A stretch of DNA of 64,000 nt, taken from positions 1,308 through 65,307 of the forward strand of contig JAJDXX010000235.1 of NCBI GenBank assembly GCA_022823055.1. Direction: 5' to 3'. The notes under the pieces are model-generated. The model ran no database searches, was not told where the DNA came from, and was given only the letters and a program-made list of their open reading frames with translations. This stretch comes from Candidatus Binatia bacterium (GTDB taxonomy: Bacteria; Desulfobacterota; Binatia; UBA9968; JAJDTQ01). Positions 10,750 to 21,335 of the stretch are shown one piece after another; position 1 is the first letter of the stretch; each line of letters starts with the position of its first letter. Both the position numbers and the translations under genes were made by a program.

Positions 10750-10928
10750 AGTGCCGAAACCTCGATTGATACGAACGTCAACATACTCTTCTCTCGCGCA
10801 TTAGTCAGTGGGCTGAGGTGACTGCCCCGGCGGCCCCGCCCAAGCTGCCGGGATGGAGAAAAACTCGAAGGGCTATTAACAAAATTGGTACGGCCACGCA
10901 AGGGAATGCCGGACGGCCGGACAGGACG

Positions 10929-12293
10929 CTAGGTGTTCATGGACTCCAGGAATTCCTTGTTGTCCTTGGTCCCGTGGAGCTTGTCGATGAGAAACTCCAT
11001 GGCCTCCACCACATTGAGCTGCGACAGCACCTTGCGCAGGATCCAGATGCGGTTGAGATCCTCCTTGGGGATCAGCAGCTCTTCCTTGCGGGTGCCGGAC
11101 TTGTTGATGTCCACGGCCGGGAACACGCGCTTGTCCATCAGCCTGCGGTCGAGGTTGATCTCCATGTTGCCGGTTCCCTTGAACTCCTCGAAGATGACCT
11201 CGTCCATGCGGCTTCCCGTATCGATCAGCGCGGTGGCGATGATGGTGAGGCTGCCGCCGTCCTCGATGTTGCGGGCCGCGCCGAAGAACTTCTTGGGCTT
11301 GTGCAGCGCGTTGGAGTCGACGCCGCCGGAGAGGATCTTGCCGCTCGGCGGCACCACCGTGTTGTAGGCCCTGGCCAGGCGCGTGATGCTGTCGAGGAGG
11401 ATGATGACGTCCTTGCCGTGCTCCACGAGCCGCTTGGCCTTCTCGATGACCATCTCCGCCACCTGCACGTGGCGCGTCGCGGGCTCGTCGAAGGTGGAGC
11501 TCACCACTTCGCCGATCACCGACCGCTGCATGTCGGTGACCTCCTCGGGGCGTTCGTCGATGAGCAGGACGATGAGGACCGCGTCCGGATGGTTGTGGGC
11601 GATGGCCTTGGCCATGTTCTGCAGCATCATGGTCTTGCCCGTGCGCGGCGCCGCCACCACCAGCCCGCGCTGCCCCATGCCGATGGGCGTCAGCAAGTCG
11701 ATGAAGCGGGTCGTGTACTCTTCCGGGTCGTGCTCCAGGCTGATGCGCTTGTCGGGATAGAGCGGGGTCAGGTTGTCGAAGAGGATCTTGTCGCGCACCT
11801 TGTCCGGATCGCCGTTGTTGATGCTCTCCACCTTCAACAGCGCGAAATACCGCTCGCCGTCCTTCGGCGGACGGATCTGGCCGGAGATGATGTCGCCCGT
11901 GCGCAGGCCGAAACGGCGGATCTGGCTCGGCGAGACGTAGATGTCGTCGGGGCCCGGGAGGTAGTTGTAGTCCGGCGCGCGCAGGAAGCCGAAACCGTCG
12001 GGCAAGGTCTCCAGCACGCCCTCTCCGTACACGTAACCGTTCTTCTCGGTCTGCGCCTGCAGGATCGCGAAAATCAGATCCTGCCGCCGCATGTTCGCCG
12101 CGCTCTCGATGCTGAAGCCTTTGCCGATGTTGGCCAGCTCGGCGATCTTCTTGGACTTGAGCGAGCTCAGGTTCAGGCCGTTCTGATGCACAAGGTCGGG
12201 CGCGGGAGCCGGCCGGTTTCTGCGGTGGGTGGGTGCGGAGTCTGCCTTGGTGTCGCTTTCCGCCACTGCGGAGCGCGTCCGAACGTTAGCCAT
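10929..12293 (-). CDS. rho: Transcription termination factor Rho
   Basis: ATG at 12293 with AAGGAAG SD; the track ORF starts at an upstream TTG (12308). Walker A ...[12 protein letters not shown]... and the N-terminal RNA-binding region ...[14 protein letters not shown]... A ~35-aa basic N-terminal extension is present. Confidence 0.96.
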   Translation of the reverse strand: MANVRTRSAVAESDTKADSAPTHRRNRPAPAPDLVHQNGLNLSSLKSKKIAELANIGKGFSIESAANMRRQDLIFAILQAQTEKNGYVYGEGVLETLPDGFGFLRAPDYNYLPGPDDIYVSPSQIRRFGLRTGDIISGQIRPPKDGERYFALLKVESINNGDPDKVRDKILFDNLTPLYPDKRISLEHDPEEYTTRFIDLLTPIGMGQRGLVVAAPRTGKTMMLQNMAKAIAHNHPDAVLIVLLIDERPEEVTDMQRSVIGEVVSSTFDEPATRHVQVAEMVIEKAKRLVEHGKDVIILLDSITRLARAYNTVVPPSGKILSGGVDSNALHKPKKFFGAARNIEDGGSLTIIATALIDTGSRMDEVIFEEFKGTGNMEINLDRRLMDKRVFPAVDINKSGTRKEELLIPKEDLNRIWILRKVLSQLNVVEAMEFLIDKLHGTKDNKEFLESMNT

Positions 12294-12482
12294 GGAACTT
12301 CCTTTCAATTACGCTGCCGGGTCATCCGTCGAGGGGGCGAGCATTGCCCGCGCGGCGGGCAAGCCAACTCTCTACCGTTCAAAAGGGCCTGGGATGTAAT
12401 GTGATAAAGCGGATTGGAACGGAAATGGGTCACTTCAGACTGGAATCGCACCAGACTGGATCACGCCGTTGCCAGACGTTGG

Positions 12483-13457
12483 CTAGATACTAGGTGATGC
12501 AGCCGGCTTTGTCAAGCAGGGCACGGCCGCCCCGTCGGGGCCGGCACGGCCCAACACCCGGCGGGCCAGGACGACGTCGTCCTCGATTTGCCGGACGAGT
12601 TGGTCCACCGAAGGAAAGTTGCGCTCTTCCCTGAGCCTTTCCACGAAGAATACACGCAGCCGGCGGCCGTACAAATCCCCGTCGAAATCCAGGATGTAGG
12701 TCTCGATGGTCCGGGGTCCCGCGCCGAACGTCGGATTCACCCCGACGCTGGTGACGCTGGGCAACCGCTGTCCGCCCGTCTCGACCACGGTGGCGTAGAT
12801 CCCGTTGGCCGGCACGATCTCGGTCCGGCTGCGCACGTTGGCGGTGGGAAAGCCGAGCTCCCGGCCCCGCTGATGCCCCCGCTCCACCGTTCCCTCGATG
12901 AAATGACTGCGTCCGAGCTGACGCCGGGCGACCTCTACGCGGCCCTCTTCGAGCAATGCGCGTATCCGGCTGCTGCTGACCGCGTGTTCGGATTCCGCGA
13001 CGGGCCCGATGACCTTCACTTCCATCCCGGCGGCCGGGCCCCACTCCATGAGATCGCCGACGGTGCCGGCCCGGTCCTTGCCGAAGCGGAAATCCTCGCC
13101 GACCCAAAGAGCCTCGACTCCGAGCCCGGCCAGGTAGCGGTTCACGAACTCACGCGCCGGCACGGCGCAGAAACTCGGCGTGAAGCGCTGAATCACCACG
13201 CAGTCGATGCCCGCGCGCCGGAGGAGCGCCAGCTTGTCCTTGCGCGACAGGATCAACCGCGGAGCGTATTCCGGCGCGAGGAACTTGAGCGGATGGGGCT
13301 CGAACGTCAGGACGACGGAGGATCCGCCCCGTGCCCGCGCGTCCGCAATCACCCGCCGGAGCAGGTCCTGGTGGCCGAGATGCACCCCGTCGAAGTTCCC
13401 GATGGTCATGACGGGACGGTGAAGGGGTCCCTTGACGTGCCGCAGAATCCGCATCAT
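12483..13457 (-). CDS. ribF: Bifunctional riboflavin kinase / FMN adenylyltransferase
   Basis: Inner start MMRILRHVKGPLHRPVMTIGNFDGVHLGHQ... C-terminal kinase part ...GFPTANV...GVNPTF... Confidence 0.93.
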   Translation of the reverse strand: MMRILRHVKGPLHRPVMTIGNFDGVHLGHQDLLRRVIADARARGGSSVVLTFEPHPLKFLAPEYAPRLILSRKDKLALLRRAGIDCVVIQRFTPSFCAVPAREFVNRYLAGLGVEALWVGEDFRFGKDRAGTVGDLMEWGPAAGMEVKVIGPVAESEHAVSSSRIRALLEEGRVEVARRQLGRSHFIEGTVERGHQRGRELGFPTANVRSRTEIVPANGIYATVVETGGQRLPSVTSVGVNPTFGAGPRTIETYILDFDGDLYGRRLRVFFVERLREERNFPSVDQLVRQIEDDVVLARRVLGRAGPDGAAVPCLTKPAASPSI

Positions 13458-13544
13458 GCGTGGAGTTTGGAGGGGTGACCCGACCCGCGCCCCTGCCCAG
13501 GGCCGTGTACACACACCGCCGAAGGGGGAGCCGTCCGGTGCGAG

Positions 13545-14432
13545 TCAAGCGCCCAGGGACTGGAGCCTCTCGCGCGCCTTTCCCGCTTCCTCGGAATCGG
13601 GATACCGGTTGATGACTTCCTGGAGGACGAGCCTGGCGTCGACACGATTCCCAAGCTCGGCGAAAGCGTACCCGATCTTGAGCCACGCCGCGGGCGCCTT
13701 GTCGCCGTCGGGATATTTCTTCCGCACCACGTCGAACTCCAGGATGGCCTCGTCGAACTCCTGGAGCGCGTAATGGCTCTCGCCGATCCAGTATTGTGCG
13801 TTGTCGGTCAAAGGGCTGTCCGGATGTTTTTCGACGAACTGCTTGAACTGTTCGATGGCGCCGCGAAAGTCCCTTTCCCGCAGCCGTTTCCATGCGTTCT
13901 CGTAGTCCTGTTGAAACGTGGGCGCCTCGGGTTCGGGGCGTGGAGCCGGACGCGCCACCTGCGGAAGCCCGCCCGGGGCGGCCGGCGCCTGGGGCGGTTC
14001 GGCAGTCGGTTCGGCCTCGGGAGGGCGCGGCGCGCCCTGGAGAACGGCGTCGCGCAGAAGCCGGAGTTCGTCCTCGCGCACCTTCAGGAGATCCCGTTGC
14101 GCGCGCACTTCCGACTCGAGCGCCGCCAGCCTGCGATCGATCTCCGTGGCGTTCCCGGCCGCGCCCCCGCTTCCGTTGCGCAGTTCCTGGAGATTCCCCT
14201 CGACGGTGTTCATGCGGTTTTGCATGGCCGTGACCTCGGCCCGGGTATCCGCCAACTGGGTGCGCGCCTGATCGAGCTCCGCCTTCAAGGCGTTGATCAC
14301 CGCCCACTCGCCCTCGGTCAACTGTGCCTGGACGGGAGGCGCCGGCGCCGCGTGATAGTCGACGGTACAACCCCACGCCGAGACAAGCGACAGAACGACC
14401 AACCATGTACGGACAACGATTCGCATGGACAT
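13545..14432 (-). CDS. cpoB: Tol-Pal system protein CpoB/YbgF (coiled coil + TPR), lipoprotein-type signal
   Basis: Signal/lipobox ...LVSAWGC. Coiled-coil region, then a TPR C-terminus ...AQYWIGESHYALQEFDEAILEFDVVRKKYPDGDKAPAAWLKIGYAF... Last gene of the tol-pal row. Confidence 0.85.
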   Translation of the reverse strand: MSMRIVVRTWLVVLSLVSAWGCTVDYHAAPAPPVQAQLTEGEWAVINALKAELDQARTQLADTRAEVTAMQNRMNTVEGNLQELRNGSGGAAGNATEIDRRLAALESEVRAQRDLLKVREDELRLLRDAVLQGAPRPPEAEPTAEPPQAPAAPGGLPQVARPAPRPEPEAPTFQQDYENAWKRLRERDFRGAIEQFKQFVEKHPDSPLTDNAQYWIGESHYALQEFDEAILEFDVVRKKYPDGDKAPAAWLKIGYAFAELGNRVDARLVLQEVINRYPDSEEAGKARERLQSLGA

Positions 14433-14524
14433 TCACTCTGGCAGGACAGGGAGCGCGAAAGGTTCCGGTGCCGGGCGTCGCGAATCGCGAGCGTCGTTCG
14501 CGACGCGGGACACGGATTGGGTGA

Positions 14525-15109
14525 TCAGGAAGAAGGCCTTTGCGCCCGAACGACGAAATGCGCACGTCGGTTCATCTGCCAACATTCCTCCGAGCTCTCG
14601 CCGCAGACCGGAAGTTCCTCGCCGTAGCTGATGGTCGAAAAGCGCTCCGGCGCGACCCCCAGGGTCACCAGGTAGTCCTTGACCGCCTGTGCTCTTCTTG
14701 AGCCGAGAGCAAGATTGTACTCGTTGGTACCTCGGTTGTCGGCGTGCCCTTCGATCTCGATTTGAACGCCGGGATTCTCCTTGATCCAGTCCGAATTGCG
14801 CTGCAGGACCTCGCGCGCTTCGGCGGCCAACTCGGAGCGGTCAAATTCGAAGTAGACATCGGCGAGGACGCCGGTTTGCGGCGTCGTGCCCTCCTTGAGG
14901 GCTTCGAGGCTGCCCTGGCCGGTCACCCCCGGACCCTGCTGAGCGAGGTCGCCCTCCGTGATGCCGCCGGTATTGCCTTCGGCCGGCACGGTGCCCTCGC
15001 CCGGCACGGCCGCAGCCGGCTCTTCCGTTTCGGGGGGCGGCGCGGCGCAACCGGCGACGATCATGAGAGTGATGGAGCACAACAGCAGCACGAACGCCCT
15101 TCTAATCAT
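14525..15109 (-). CDS. pal: Peptidoglycan-associated lipoprotein Pal (OmpA-like domain)
   Basis: MIRRAFVLLLCSITLMIVAGC lipobox. OmpA-like ...GHADNRGTNEYNLALGSRRAQAV...NRRAHFVV. The alternative ATG at 15136 adds 9 aa. Confidence 0.9.
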   Translation of the reverse strand: MIRRAFVLLLCSITLMIVAGCAAPPPETEEPAAAVPGEGTVPAEGNTGGITEGDLAQQGPGVTGQGSLEALKEGTTPQTGVLADVYFEFDRSELAAEAREVLQRNSDWIKENPGVQIEIEGHADNRGTNEYNLALGSRRAQAVKDYLVTLGVAPERFSTISYGEELPVCGESSEECWQMNRRAHFVVRAQRPSS

Positions 15110-15176
15110 CGGCTCGGTCTCTCTTGTCTTTCCCATGTCTGGGTTGCGCGGAGTTGAGATGTGTTGCTGCACGGGA

Positions 15177-16556
15177 TCACTGCAGCCGGGGTGACCAGGA
15201 CGGATTTGTATCACCTGCGGTGGAGCCTGTCAATCTGCGCTGACTCTCACCGTCCCGGCGCATGGTGTAGATGCGGCGCGAACCTGACCGGTCGGAGGTG
15301 AACGCCAGAAAGCGTCCGTCCGGAGCCCATGACGGATCCTCGTCGTTGGAGCGGTTGGCGGTGAGCATCCGCAGGCCGCTGCCGTCCGGCCGTATGGTGA
15401 AGATGTTCATCACGCCGTTGGTTCGTCCCGTGAACGCGATCAACTCGCCGGTCGGCGACCAGTCGGGCGACGTATTGTAGGACCCCTTGAACGTGAGCCG
15501 CCTGATGGCGCCGGTGGCGACCTCCAGAACGTAGATCTGAAGGGAACCGTGCCGGTCGGACGAAAAAGCGATCCGGTCTCCCTCGGGGGACCACGTGGGC
15601 GAGGTATCGATGCCGGGGTGATGGGTCAGCCGCTCCACGACGTGCCCGGAACGATTCAACCGGTAGATATCGTGGTTGCCCCGCCGCTCCATCGGCGTGG
15701 CGAGATGCTGCCCATCCGGCGACCATTGCCCGCGCCCGTCACCTCTGGCGATCACCTTTTCGCGTTTGGTGAGGAGATCGAAGCCGAAGACCTGCCACTT
15801 GCCGGTCTTCACCGAAAGGTAGACCAGCCCCTTGCCGTCCCGTCTCCACCACGGAAACATGTTGATCGTCCGGTTGTGGGTCACCCTCTTCCTGTCGGTG
15901 CCGTCCAGGTGCGAAAAATGGATCTCCTTGAACCGGTCTCTCCCGGTGGACACGTAGGCGATCCTGGTATCGAACACGCCACGGGTCCCGGTCAGCTTCA
16001 GGATGATCTCGTCCACGAAACGGTGCGCCATGCGCCGCGCGTCCCGTACTTCTCCGGTGTAGGCCTTGCCGACCACTTGATTCCGCCGGAACGTATCGTA
16101 GAGCCAGAACTCGAACCGGATCTTTCCCTTGTCGAAGGTCTGGAAACCGCCCTTGATGAGGCCTTCCGCTCCGATGGTGGTCCAGTCCCGGAAGTCGAAA
16201 CCACCCAGCCGGATACCGGTCTTCTGCGGGTCTTCGATGTAGGCCGATCGATCGACTATCTCGAACCAGCCGGAGCGATCGAGGTCGTCGGCCATGACGT
16301 CGGCGATCCGTTCCGAGATCTTCTCGGTGTCCGGCCGGCTCCCCAGGTTCTTGAGCGGCGAGACCGCCAGCCGGAATCGCTCGGCCCCCGGTCCGACGAT
16401 CAGGCCTGTCACCTGAGCGCGCGCCGCCCCCGCCGACAGCCCCCACAGCATCAGGCCCGCGACCATCCACGCTGTCACCCGCACAAACGCACGGGCGGCG
16501 TCTTCGGCCCGGCTTGGTCTTCGCCGCAACGACGGCGGCGCGGTCATGCCTCCCAT
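15177..16556 (-). CDS. tolB: Tol-Pal system beta-propeller protein TolB
   Basis: TolB N-domain plus repeated ...PDWSPTGELIAFTG..., ...PSWAPDGRFLAFTS... blades. Start chosen at MGGMTAPP (ATG 16556), downstream of the tolA stop. The track ORF extends to 16640. Confidence 0.93.
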   Translation of the reverse strand: MGGMTAPPSLRRRPSRAEDAARAFVRVTAWMVAGLMLWGLSAGAARAQVTGLIVGPGAERFRLAVSPLKNLGSRPDTEKISERIADVMADDLDRSGWFEIVDRSAYIEDPQKTGIRLGGFDFRDWTTIGAEGLIKGGFQTFDKGKIRFEFWLYDTFRRNQVVGKAYTGEVRDARRMAHRFVDEIILKLTGTRGVFDTRIAYVSTGRDRFKEIHFSHLDGTDRKRVTHNRTINMFPWWRRDGKGLVYLSVKTGKWQVFGFDLLTKREKVIARGDGRGQWSPDGQHLATPMERRGNHDIYRLNRSGHVVERLTHHPGIDTSPTWSPEGDRIAFSSDRHGSLQIYVLEVATGAIRRLTFKGSYNTSPDWSPTGELIAFTGRTNGVMNIFTIRPDGSGLRMLTANRSNDEDPSWAPDGRFLAFTSDRSGSRRIYTMRRDGESQRRLTGSTAGDTNPSWSPRLQ

Positions 16557-16587
16557 GATTGGACGGTCCTTCTTCGCTTGCGGGCCA

Positions 16588-17628
16588 CTAACCATCGAGG
16601 TCGGTGGGCCGGAAAGTGATCTCGACCTGTGCGAAGTCACGCACGTGACTCGCAGGCGGCGGCGGCAAGGGGCTGGAACGACGCACCGCGCGAACCACCG
16701 ACTCGTCGAAGGAAGAATCCCCCGAGAACCTGAGCAGCTTGAGACCGAAGATTTCCCCGTCGACGCCGACGCCGAACCCGACGGTAACCTCGAGTTTGCC
16801 GCGTTTGCCGATCCACGTCCAGCGATCCTTGATGCGGTTGAGCATCTCCTGCCGGTAGGACAGGAAAGCCATTCCTCTCACGACGTCGCCGTTGCCCGAC
16901 GCCCCGGTCCCGGCGCCGACCGCGCCCCCACCTGCCCGGCGCTCGGCCCGCCGCAGCCGGGCACGTTCCCGGGCGACGGCCACCGCGTCGTCAATGCGCC
17001 GTTTCCGAAGGCGCTCCACCAGCTTGGAATCCGGATTCGCGACGCTCTTCCGTTTCGGCGCCTTCTTCGCGAGCTTCGGGGTTTTCTTGGCGGGCCGCTT
17101 CTTGGATAACTTCTTCTTGGACGCCTTCTTGGCGGCGGTCTTCTTCGGCGCGGGCTTCTCGCGCTTCACCACCTTGGGCTTGGGCGCGGGTTTCTTCTTG
17201 GGTTTGGCGACCTTCTTGGGCCGCGGCGGTTTCGCGGGCTCGACGACCTTCTTCTTCGGCTTTTCCGGAGGCACGGGCTCGGTCAGCGCCGGCGGCTCCT
17301 CCTTGGGTTCCGGCGCCTCCTTCACCTGTTCCTTGGGCGGAGCCTCGGCATCCCGCGGCGCCGCGGCGGGTTCCGGCGGCTCCGGCGCCGCCGGAGCCAA
17401 TGCAGGGGCCGCCTTCGCCGCCGGCGCGGGGCCGGGGGCCACGAGATCCACCGTGTACACCGGAGGGGGCGCATCGCGGAGCGCCGTGCTCGGCGGCACC
17501 AACAGCAGCATCGCCAGCAGGACCAAGTGAAGGACGCCGGAGAAGCAGACCCACCACCTCAATCGGTGGGACCCGGAGCCGCCGCTCATCCATCGGGTGT
17601 TACGTCTTCGAAACAAGGCTTTCCACAT
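16588..17628 (-). CDS. tolA: TolA-like protein (N-terminal TM anchor, Pro/Lys/Ala-rich linker, TonB-type C-terminal domain)
   Basis: Position between tolR and tolB. TM helix ...VCFSGVLHLVLLAMLLLV, a long low-complexity ...PKKKVVEPAKPPRPKKVAKPKKKPAPKPK... linker and a C-terminal globular domain. The start is uncertain (17628 or 17589). Confidence 0.7.
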   Translation of the reverse strand: MWKALFRRRNTRWMSGGSGSHRLRWWVCFSGVLHLVLLAMLLLVPPSTALRDAPPPVYTVDLVAPGPAPAAKAAPALAPAAPEPPEPAAAPRDAEAPPKEQVKEAPEPKEEPPALTEPVPPEKPKKKVVEPAKPPRPKKVAKPKKKPAPKPKVVKREKPAPKKTAAKKASKKKLSKKRPAKKTPKLAKKAPKRKSVANPDSKLVERLRKRRIDDAVAVARERARLRRAERRAGGGAVGAGTGASGNGDVVRGMAFLSYRQEMLNRIKDRWTWIGKRGKLEVTVGFGVGVDGEIFGLKLLRFSGDSSFDESVVRAVRRSSPLPPPPASHVRDFAQVEITFRPTDLDG

Positions 17629-17658
17629 CGTCCGGCGACCATCCCGCGAGGACGGCCC

Positions 17659-18078
17659 TCACTGACCGTCCAAAGGCAACGCCATCATGCCGAGCCTTTC
17701 GATGCCGGCGTCCTTGATCTCGCCGATGGCGGCGATCACCAAGCCGTAGCGCACGTCCCGGTCCGCCCTCAGGTAGACGGCCTTTTCCGCGTCCAGACGC
17801 CGGATGGCTTCCAGCTTCGTCCGCAACTCTGTAGCGGTGACCTCGTTGTCGTTCAGGTAGACGCGGCCGTCCCCGGAGATGGTGACGATCAGGGGATCCT
17901 CCGGCCCATCCACCGGGACGGCCTTGGCCTGGGGCAGATTCACCTCCACTCCCTGCTGGATGATGGGCGCCGTCACCATGAAAATCACCAGCAGCACCAG
18001 CATGACGTCCACGAACGGAGTCACGTTGATGTTGGACATCGGCAACTTTTCTCGTCCCTGGGTGACCTCGGCCGCCAT
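17659..18078 (-). CDS. tolR: Tol-Pal system protein TolR (ExbD/TolR family)
   Basis: ...NINVTPFVDVMLVLLVIFMVTAP... GAAGGAAGG SD upstream of ATG 18078. Confidence 0.88.
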   Translation of the reverse strand: MAAEVTQGREKLPMSNINVTPFVDVMLVLLVIFMVTAPIIQQGVEVNLPQAKAVPVDGPEDPLIVTISGDGRVYLNDNEVTATELRTKLEAIRRLDAEKAVYLRADRDVRYGLVIAAIGEIKDAGIERLGMMALPLDGQ

Positions 18079-18107
18079 GGCTCAGCCTTCCTTCGTGAAA
18101 CCCCTGC

Positions 18108-18854
18108 CTACGCCTTCTTCGTAAAATGCCGTTCCGCGATATTCAGGAACTCCTGGGTGAAATTTTCCATGTCGGCGGTGAGCACCCGGATCTCCTGGAG
18201 GAAGTGGTTGTAGGCGATGAGCGCGGGAATCGCCGCCAGCAGACCCGCGGCGGTGGCGATCAATGCCTCGGCGATGCCCGGCGCCACCGCCTGAATGGTG
18301 GACGACCGGCTTACGCTCAAGCCGAGGAACGCATTCATGATGCCCCATACGGTGCCGAAGAGGCCGATGAACGGCGTGGTGCCGGAGGTCGTCGCGAGAA
18401 AGGTCAGCGCCTGCTCCAGCTTCGTCAACTCGACCGTGGTGGCGCGCTTCATGGCCCGGGCCACGTTGTCCACGCCGCTCAAGTCGGTGGTCAGGTTGTC
18501 CGATTCCGTTGCGTTGCGGCGCGACACCCGCAACAACTCCTCGTAGCCGGCGATGAACACCTGCGCCACCGGACTGTCGGCCAGCTCCCGACTCGCCTCG
18601 TGGATCGACGCCAGGTTGCGGCTTTCCCAGAAGATCTCGATGAAACTGGCCGACTGCCGCTTGGCTGTGCGTACGCGCCTGAACTTGTAAAGGATGATCC
18701 CCCAGCTCACCACCGAGAACAGAATCAGGACATATAGGACCGACTGGACGACCGGCCCGGACCCGGTGACCAGGTCGAGGATGCCGTGTTGCTGCATTCC
18801 CAAAGTGTCCGGCTGGACCGCAAGCTGGTAAATCGAGAAGTACGGCATCAGCAT
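18108..18854 (-). CDS. tolQ: Tol-Pal system protein TolQ (MotA/TolQ/ExbB channel family)
   Basis: ...TTPFIGLFGTVWGIMNAF... Three TM segments. The internal ATG at 18797 (MQQHGILDL...) is an alternative start. Confidence 0.9.
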   Translation of the reverse strand: MLMPYFSIYQLAVQPDTLGMQQHGILDLVTGSGPVVQSVLYVLILFSVVSWGIILYKFRRVRTAKRQSASFIEIFWESRNLASIHEASRELADSPVAQVFIAGYEELLRVSRRNATESDNLTTDLSGVDNVARAMKRATTVELTKLEQALTFLATTSGTTPFIGLFGTVWGIMNAFLGLSVSRSSTIQAVAPGIAEALIATAAGLLAAIPALIAYNHFLQEIRVLTADMENFTQEFLNIAERHFTKKA

Positions 18855-18905
18855 CCTGCTGTCTTGAAAAGTTATTATAATCGAAGTACGTAGTCAAATT
18901 CGCCC

Positions 18906-20093
18906 ATGCTCCGGAGCGTTTCACAACTGGAAGTGGCCGGGAAGACCGTGTTCCTCCGTGCGGACTTCAACGTTCCTCTATCGCGCGGGACCATCACCGA
19001 AACACATCGCATCGACAGCACGCTGCCGACCATCGAGTTCCTGATGGAACGAGGCGCGCGGGTGCTCGTCGCGTCGCACCTGGGCCGTCCCGGCGGGACC
19101 GCCGATCCCCGGTGGAGCCTTGCCCCGGTGGCGCGCTGCCTGGAAGACAGGCTCGGCCGGCCGGTGCCGCTCGCGCCCGACTGCGTAGGACCCGCGGTGG
19201 CCCCGTCCCTGGCGGACCCGCGCGCGGCCGGCGTCGTGCTGCTGGAGAACCTCCGCTTTCACGCCGGCGAGGAGGCCAACGACCCTGCCTTCGCCGCCGC
19301 CCTCGCCGGACTGGCCGACGTGTACGTCAACGATGCGTTCGGCGCGGCGCATCGAGCCCACGCCTCCACCGCGGGGATGGCGGCACACTTCCGGGAAAAG
19401 GGCGCGGGGTTCCTGTTCCGGCGGGAGGTCGACTACCTCTCGCGCGTCATCGAGGCGCCCGAGCGGCCGGTGGCGGCCGTCCTGGGGGGCGCCAAGGTCT
19501 CCGACAAGATCGGCATCCTCAAGAACCTGATCCCACGGGTGGACCTGATCCTGGTGGGCGGGGCCATGGCCTACACGTTCCTTGCTGCCCGCAGCGTCGC
19601 GGTCGGGCGCTCCCTGCTGGAGGAGGACTTCCTCGACGTGGCGCGGGAGATCCTGGACGCGGCGGCGGCCGCCGGCGTGCCGTTCCTCCTCCCCATCGAC
19701 CACGTGGTCGCCGAGGACACGGCGGTCGAGGAACCGGCCGTTACCGGCGATGAGAGCGTTCCCGAAGGGCGTATGGCGCTGGACATCGGGCCGAGGACCG
19801 CGGCGCTCTTCGCCGAGCGGCTCAAGGACGCGGCCGTGACGCTGTGGAACGGGCCCCTCGGCTTGTTCGAACGGGAACCGTACCGCCACGGGACCGTGGC
19901 GGTGGCCAAGGCATTGGCGGCCTCCGCCGCCACCACCGTCATCGCCGGCGGCGACACCGTGGCGGCGGTGGGGCTCGCGGAGACCGCCGGCGCCATGACC
20001 CATCTCTCCACCGGAGGCGGCGCCGCGCTGGAGTTCCTCGAGGGGAAGACTCTTCCCGGGGTGCGGGCGCTGGAAGCCGGAGACTCCGCCTGA
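18906..20093 (+). CDS. pgk: Phosphoglycerate kinase
   Basis: 395 aa. ...VFLRADFNVPL..., ...ASHLGRP..., ...STGGGAALEFLEGK... Confidence 0.97.
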   Translation: MLRSVSQLEVAGKTVFLRADFNVPLSRGTITETHRIDSTLPTIEFLMERGARVLVASHLGRPGGTADPRWSLAPVARCLEDRLGRPVPLAPDCVGPAVAPSLADPRAAGVVLLENLRFHAGEEANDPAFAAALAGLADVYVNDAFGAAHRAHASTAGMAAHFREKGAGFLFRREVDYLSRVIEAPERPVAAVLGGAKVSDKIGILKNLIPRVDLILVGGAMAYTFLAARSVAVGRSLLEEDFLDVAREILDAAAAAGVPFLLPIDHVVAEDTAVEEPAVTGDESVPEGRMALDIGPRTAALFAERLKDAAVTLWNGPLGLFEREPYRHGTVAVAKALAASAATTVIAGGDTVAAVGLAETAGAMTHLSTGGGAALEFLEGKTLPGVRALEAGDSA

Positions 20094-20107
20094 ACCCGTC
20101 TCCGCCC

Positions 20108-20911
20108 ATGCCACGGTGCACGGTCATCGCCAACTGGAAGATGCACGGGACCCAGACCCAGGCGCGGGACCTCGCGCGCGCCGTCCGGCGGCTGGTGGGA
20201 AACCGTTTCCGCGCCGCTGAAGTCGTCCTGGCGCCCCCCTTCACCTCCCTCGAGACGGTGCGGCGGGCGCTCGCGGGAAGCCGGTTGCGCCTGGCCGCCC
20301 AGAACCTCTACTGGCAGCCTCACGGTGCGTTCACTGGAGAGGTTTCGGCCGACATGCTGCGGGACGCGGGGTGCAGCCACGTCATCGTCGGCCACTCCGA
20401 GAGGCGCCGGCTGTTCGGTGAGACCAACCGCGACGTCGGGCGCAAGCTGGGCGCCGCCCTGGAAGCCTCCCTGAAGCCCATCCTCTGCGTCGGCGAGACG
20501 CTGGAGGAGCGCCGCCGCGGCGACACGCACCGGACCCTCTCGGCCCAGCTCACGGGCGCGTTGAAGGGGGTGCCGAAAAGTGTTATTGAGTCTCTGACGG
20601 TGGCTTATGAGCCGGTCTGGGCCATCGGGACCGGCCGGCACGCGACACCGGCGCAGGTGGCCGAGACCCACGGGTGGATACGGCGCGCTCTGGCGCGCCG
20701 CTTTGGAACCGCGTCTGGGCGGGCGATTCCGATCGTCTACGGCGGCAGCGTCAACCCGGACAACGCCGCTGAACTGGCGCGGGTCACGGAGGTGGACGGC
20801 GTGCTGGTGGGAGGGGCAAGCCTGGATCACCAGAGCTTCGCCGCCATCGTCAAGGTATTTTCGACAGAGTTCTCGACAGCGACCGGCAAGACTCGGACAA
20901 CGGACAAATGA
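20108..20911 (+). CDS. tpiA: Triosephosphate isomerase
   Basis: Inner start MPRCTVIANWKMHG... of track ORF 19844..20911. ...VIVGHSERR..., ...AYEPVWAIGTG... Confidence 0.95.
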   Translation: MPRCTVIANWKMHGTQTQARDLARAVRRLVGNRFRAAEVVLAPPFTSLETVRRALAGSRLRLAAQNLYWQPHGAFTGEVSADMLRDAGCSHVIVGHSERRRLFGETNRDVGRKLGAALEASLKPILCVGETLEERRRGDTHRTLSAQLTGALKGVPKSVIESLTVAYEPVWAIGTGRHATPAQVAETHGWIRRALARRFGTASGRAIPIVYGGSVNPDNAAELARVTEVDGVLVGGASLDHQSFAAIVKVFSTEFSTATGKTRTTDK

Positions 20912-21228
20912 TCCTCCTGGTGACCACCGTTCATATTCTCGTTAGCCTGGGGCTCATCGTCGTGGTGCTGCTGCAGACCGGCAAGGGCACCGACATGGGC
21001 GCCGCCTTCGGCGGCGGCTCGAGCACGACGGTCTTCGGCAGCAGCGGCGCCGGCAACTTTCTCACGCGGTTGACCACGGGCATGGCGGTGGTGTTCATGC
21101 TGACCTGCCTGACGCTGGGCTATTTCTCCGAACAGGGCACGAGCTCGAGCGTCTTCGACAGCGTCACGCCGCAAACGCAAACCAGTCCGCAGCCCGGGCC
21201 GGGCGCGGAGACGCCGGCTTCTCCCTGA
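20908..21228 (+). CDS. secG: Preprotein translocase subunit SecG
   Basis: 106 aa. ...LIVVVLLQTGKGTDMGAAFGGGSSTTVFGSSGAGNFLTR... ATG overlaps the tpiA stop (ATGA). Confidence 0.9.
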   Translation: MILLVTTVHILVSLGLIVVVLLQTGKGTDMGAAFGGGSSTTVFGSSGAGNFLTRLTTGMAVVFMLTCLTLGYFSEQGTSSSVFDSVTPQTQTSPQPGPGAETPASP

Positions 21229-21248
21229 AGACCGGCCTGCCCAGATGT

Positions 21249-21335
21249 GCGAGGATGGCGGAATAGGCAGACGCGCTAGCTTGAGGGGCTAGTGCCAGCA
21301 ATGGCGTGGGGGTTCAAGTCCCCCTCCTCGCACCA
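21249..21335 (+). tRNA. tRNA-Leu (anticodon GAG), CCA encoded
   Basis: Cloverleaf read by eye. Acceptor GCGAGGA/TCCTCGC, anticodon stem CTAGC/GCTAG with loop TTGAGGG, long variable arm, T-arm GGGGG-TTCAAGT-CCCCC, and A-CCA end. The secG then tRNA-Leu(GAG) order matches secG-leuU of E. coli. Confidence 0.93.

Noticed and set aside
18855-18905. AT-rich tolQ/pgk divergent intergenic region (TTGAAA ... TATAAT) as a defined promoter
   Set aside because: The hexamers are only 6 nt apart. No -35/-10 pair with 16-19 nt spacing could be fitted on either strand, so only the AT-richness is noted and no promoter is called.
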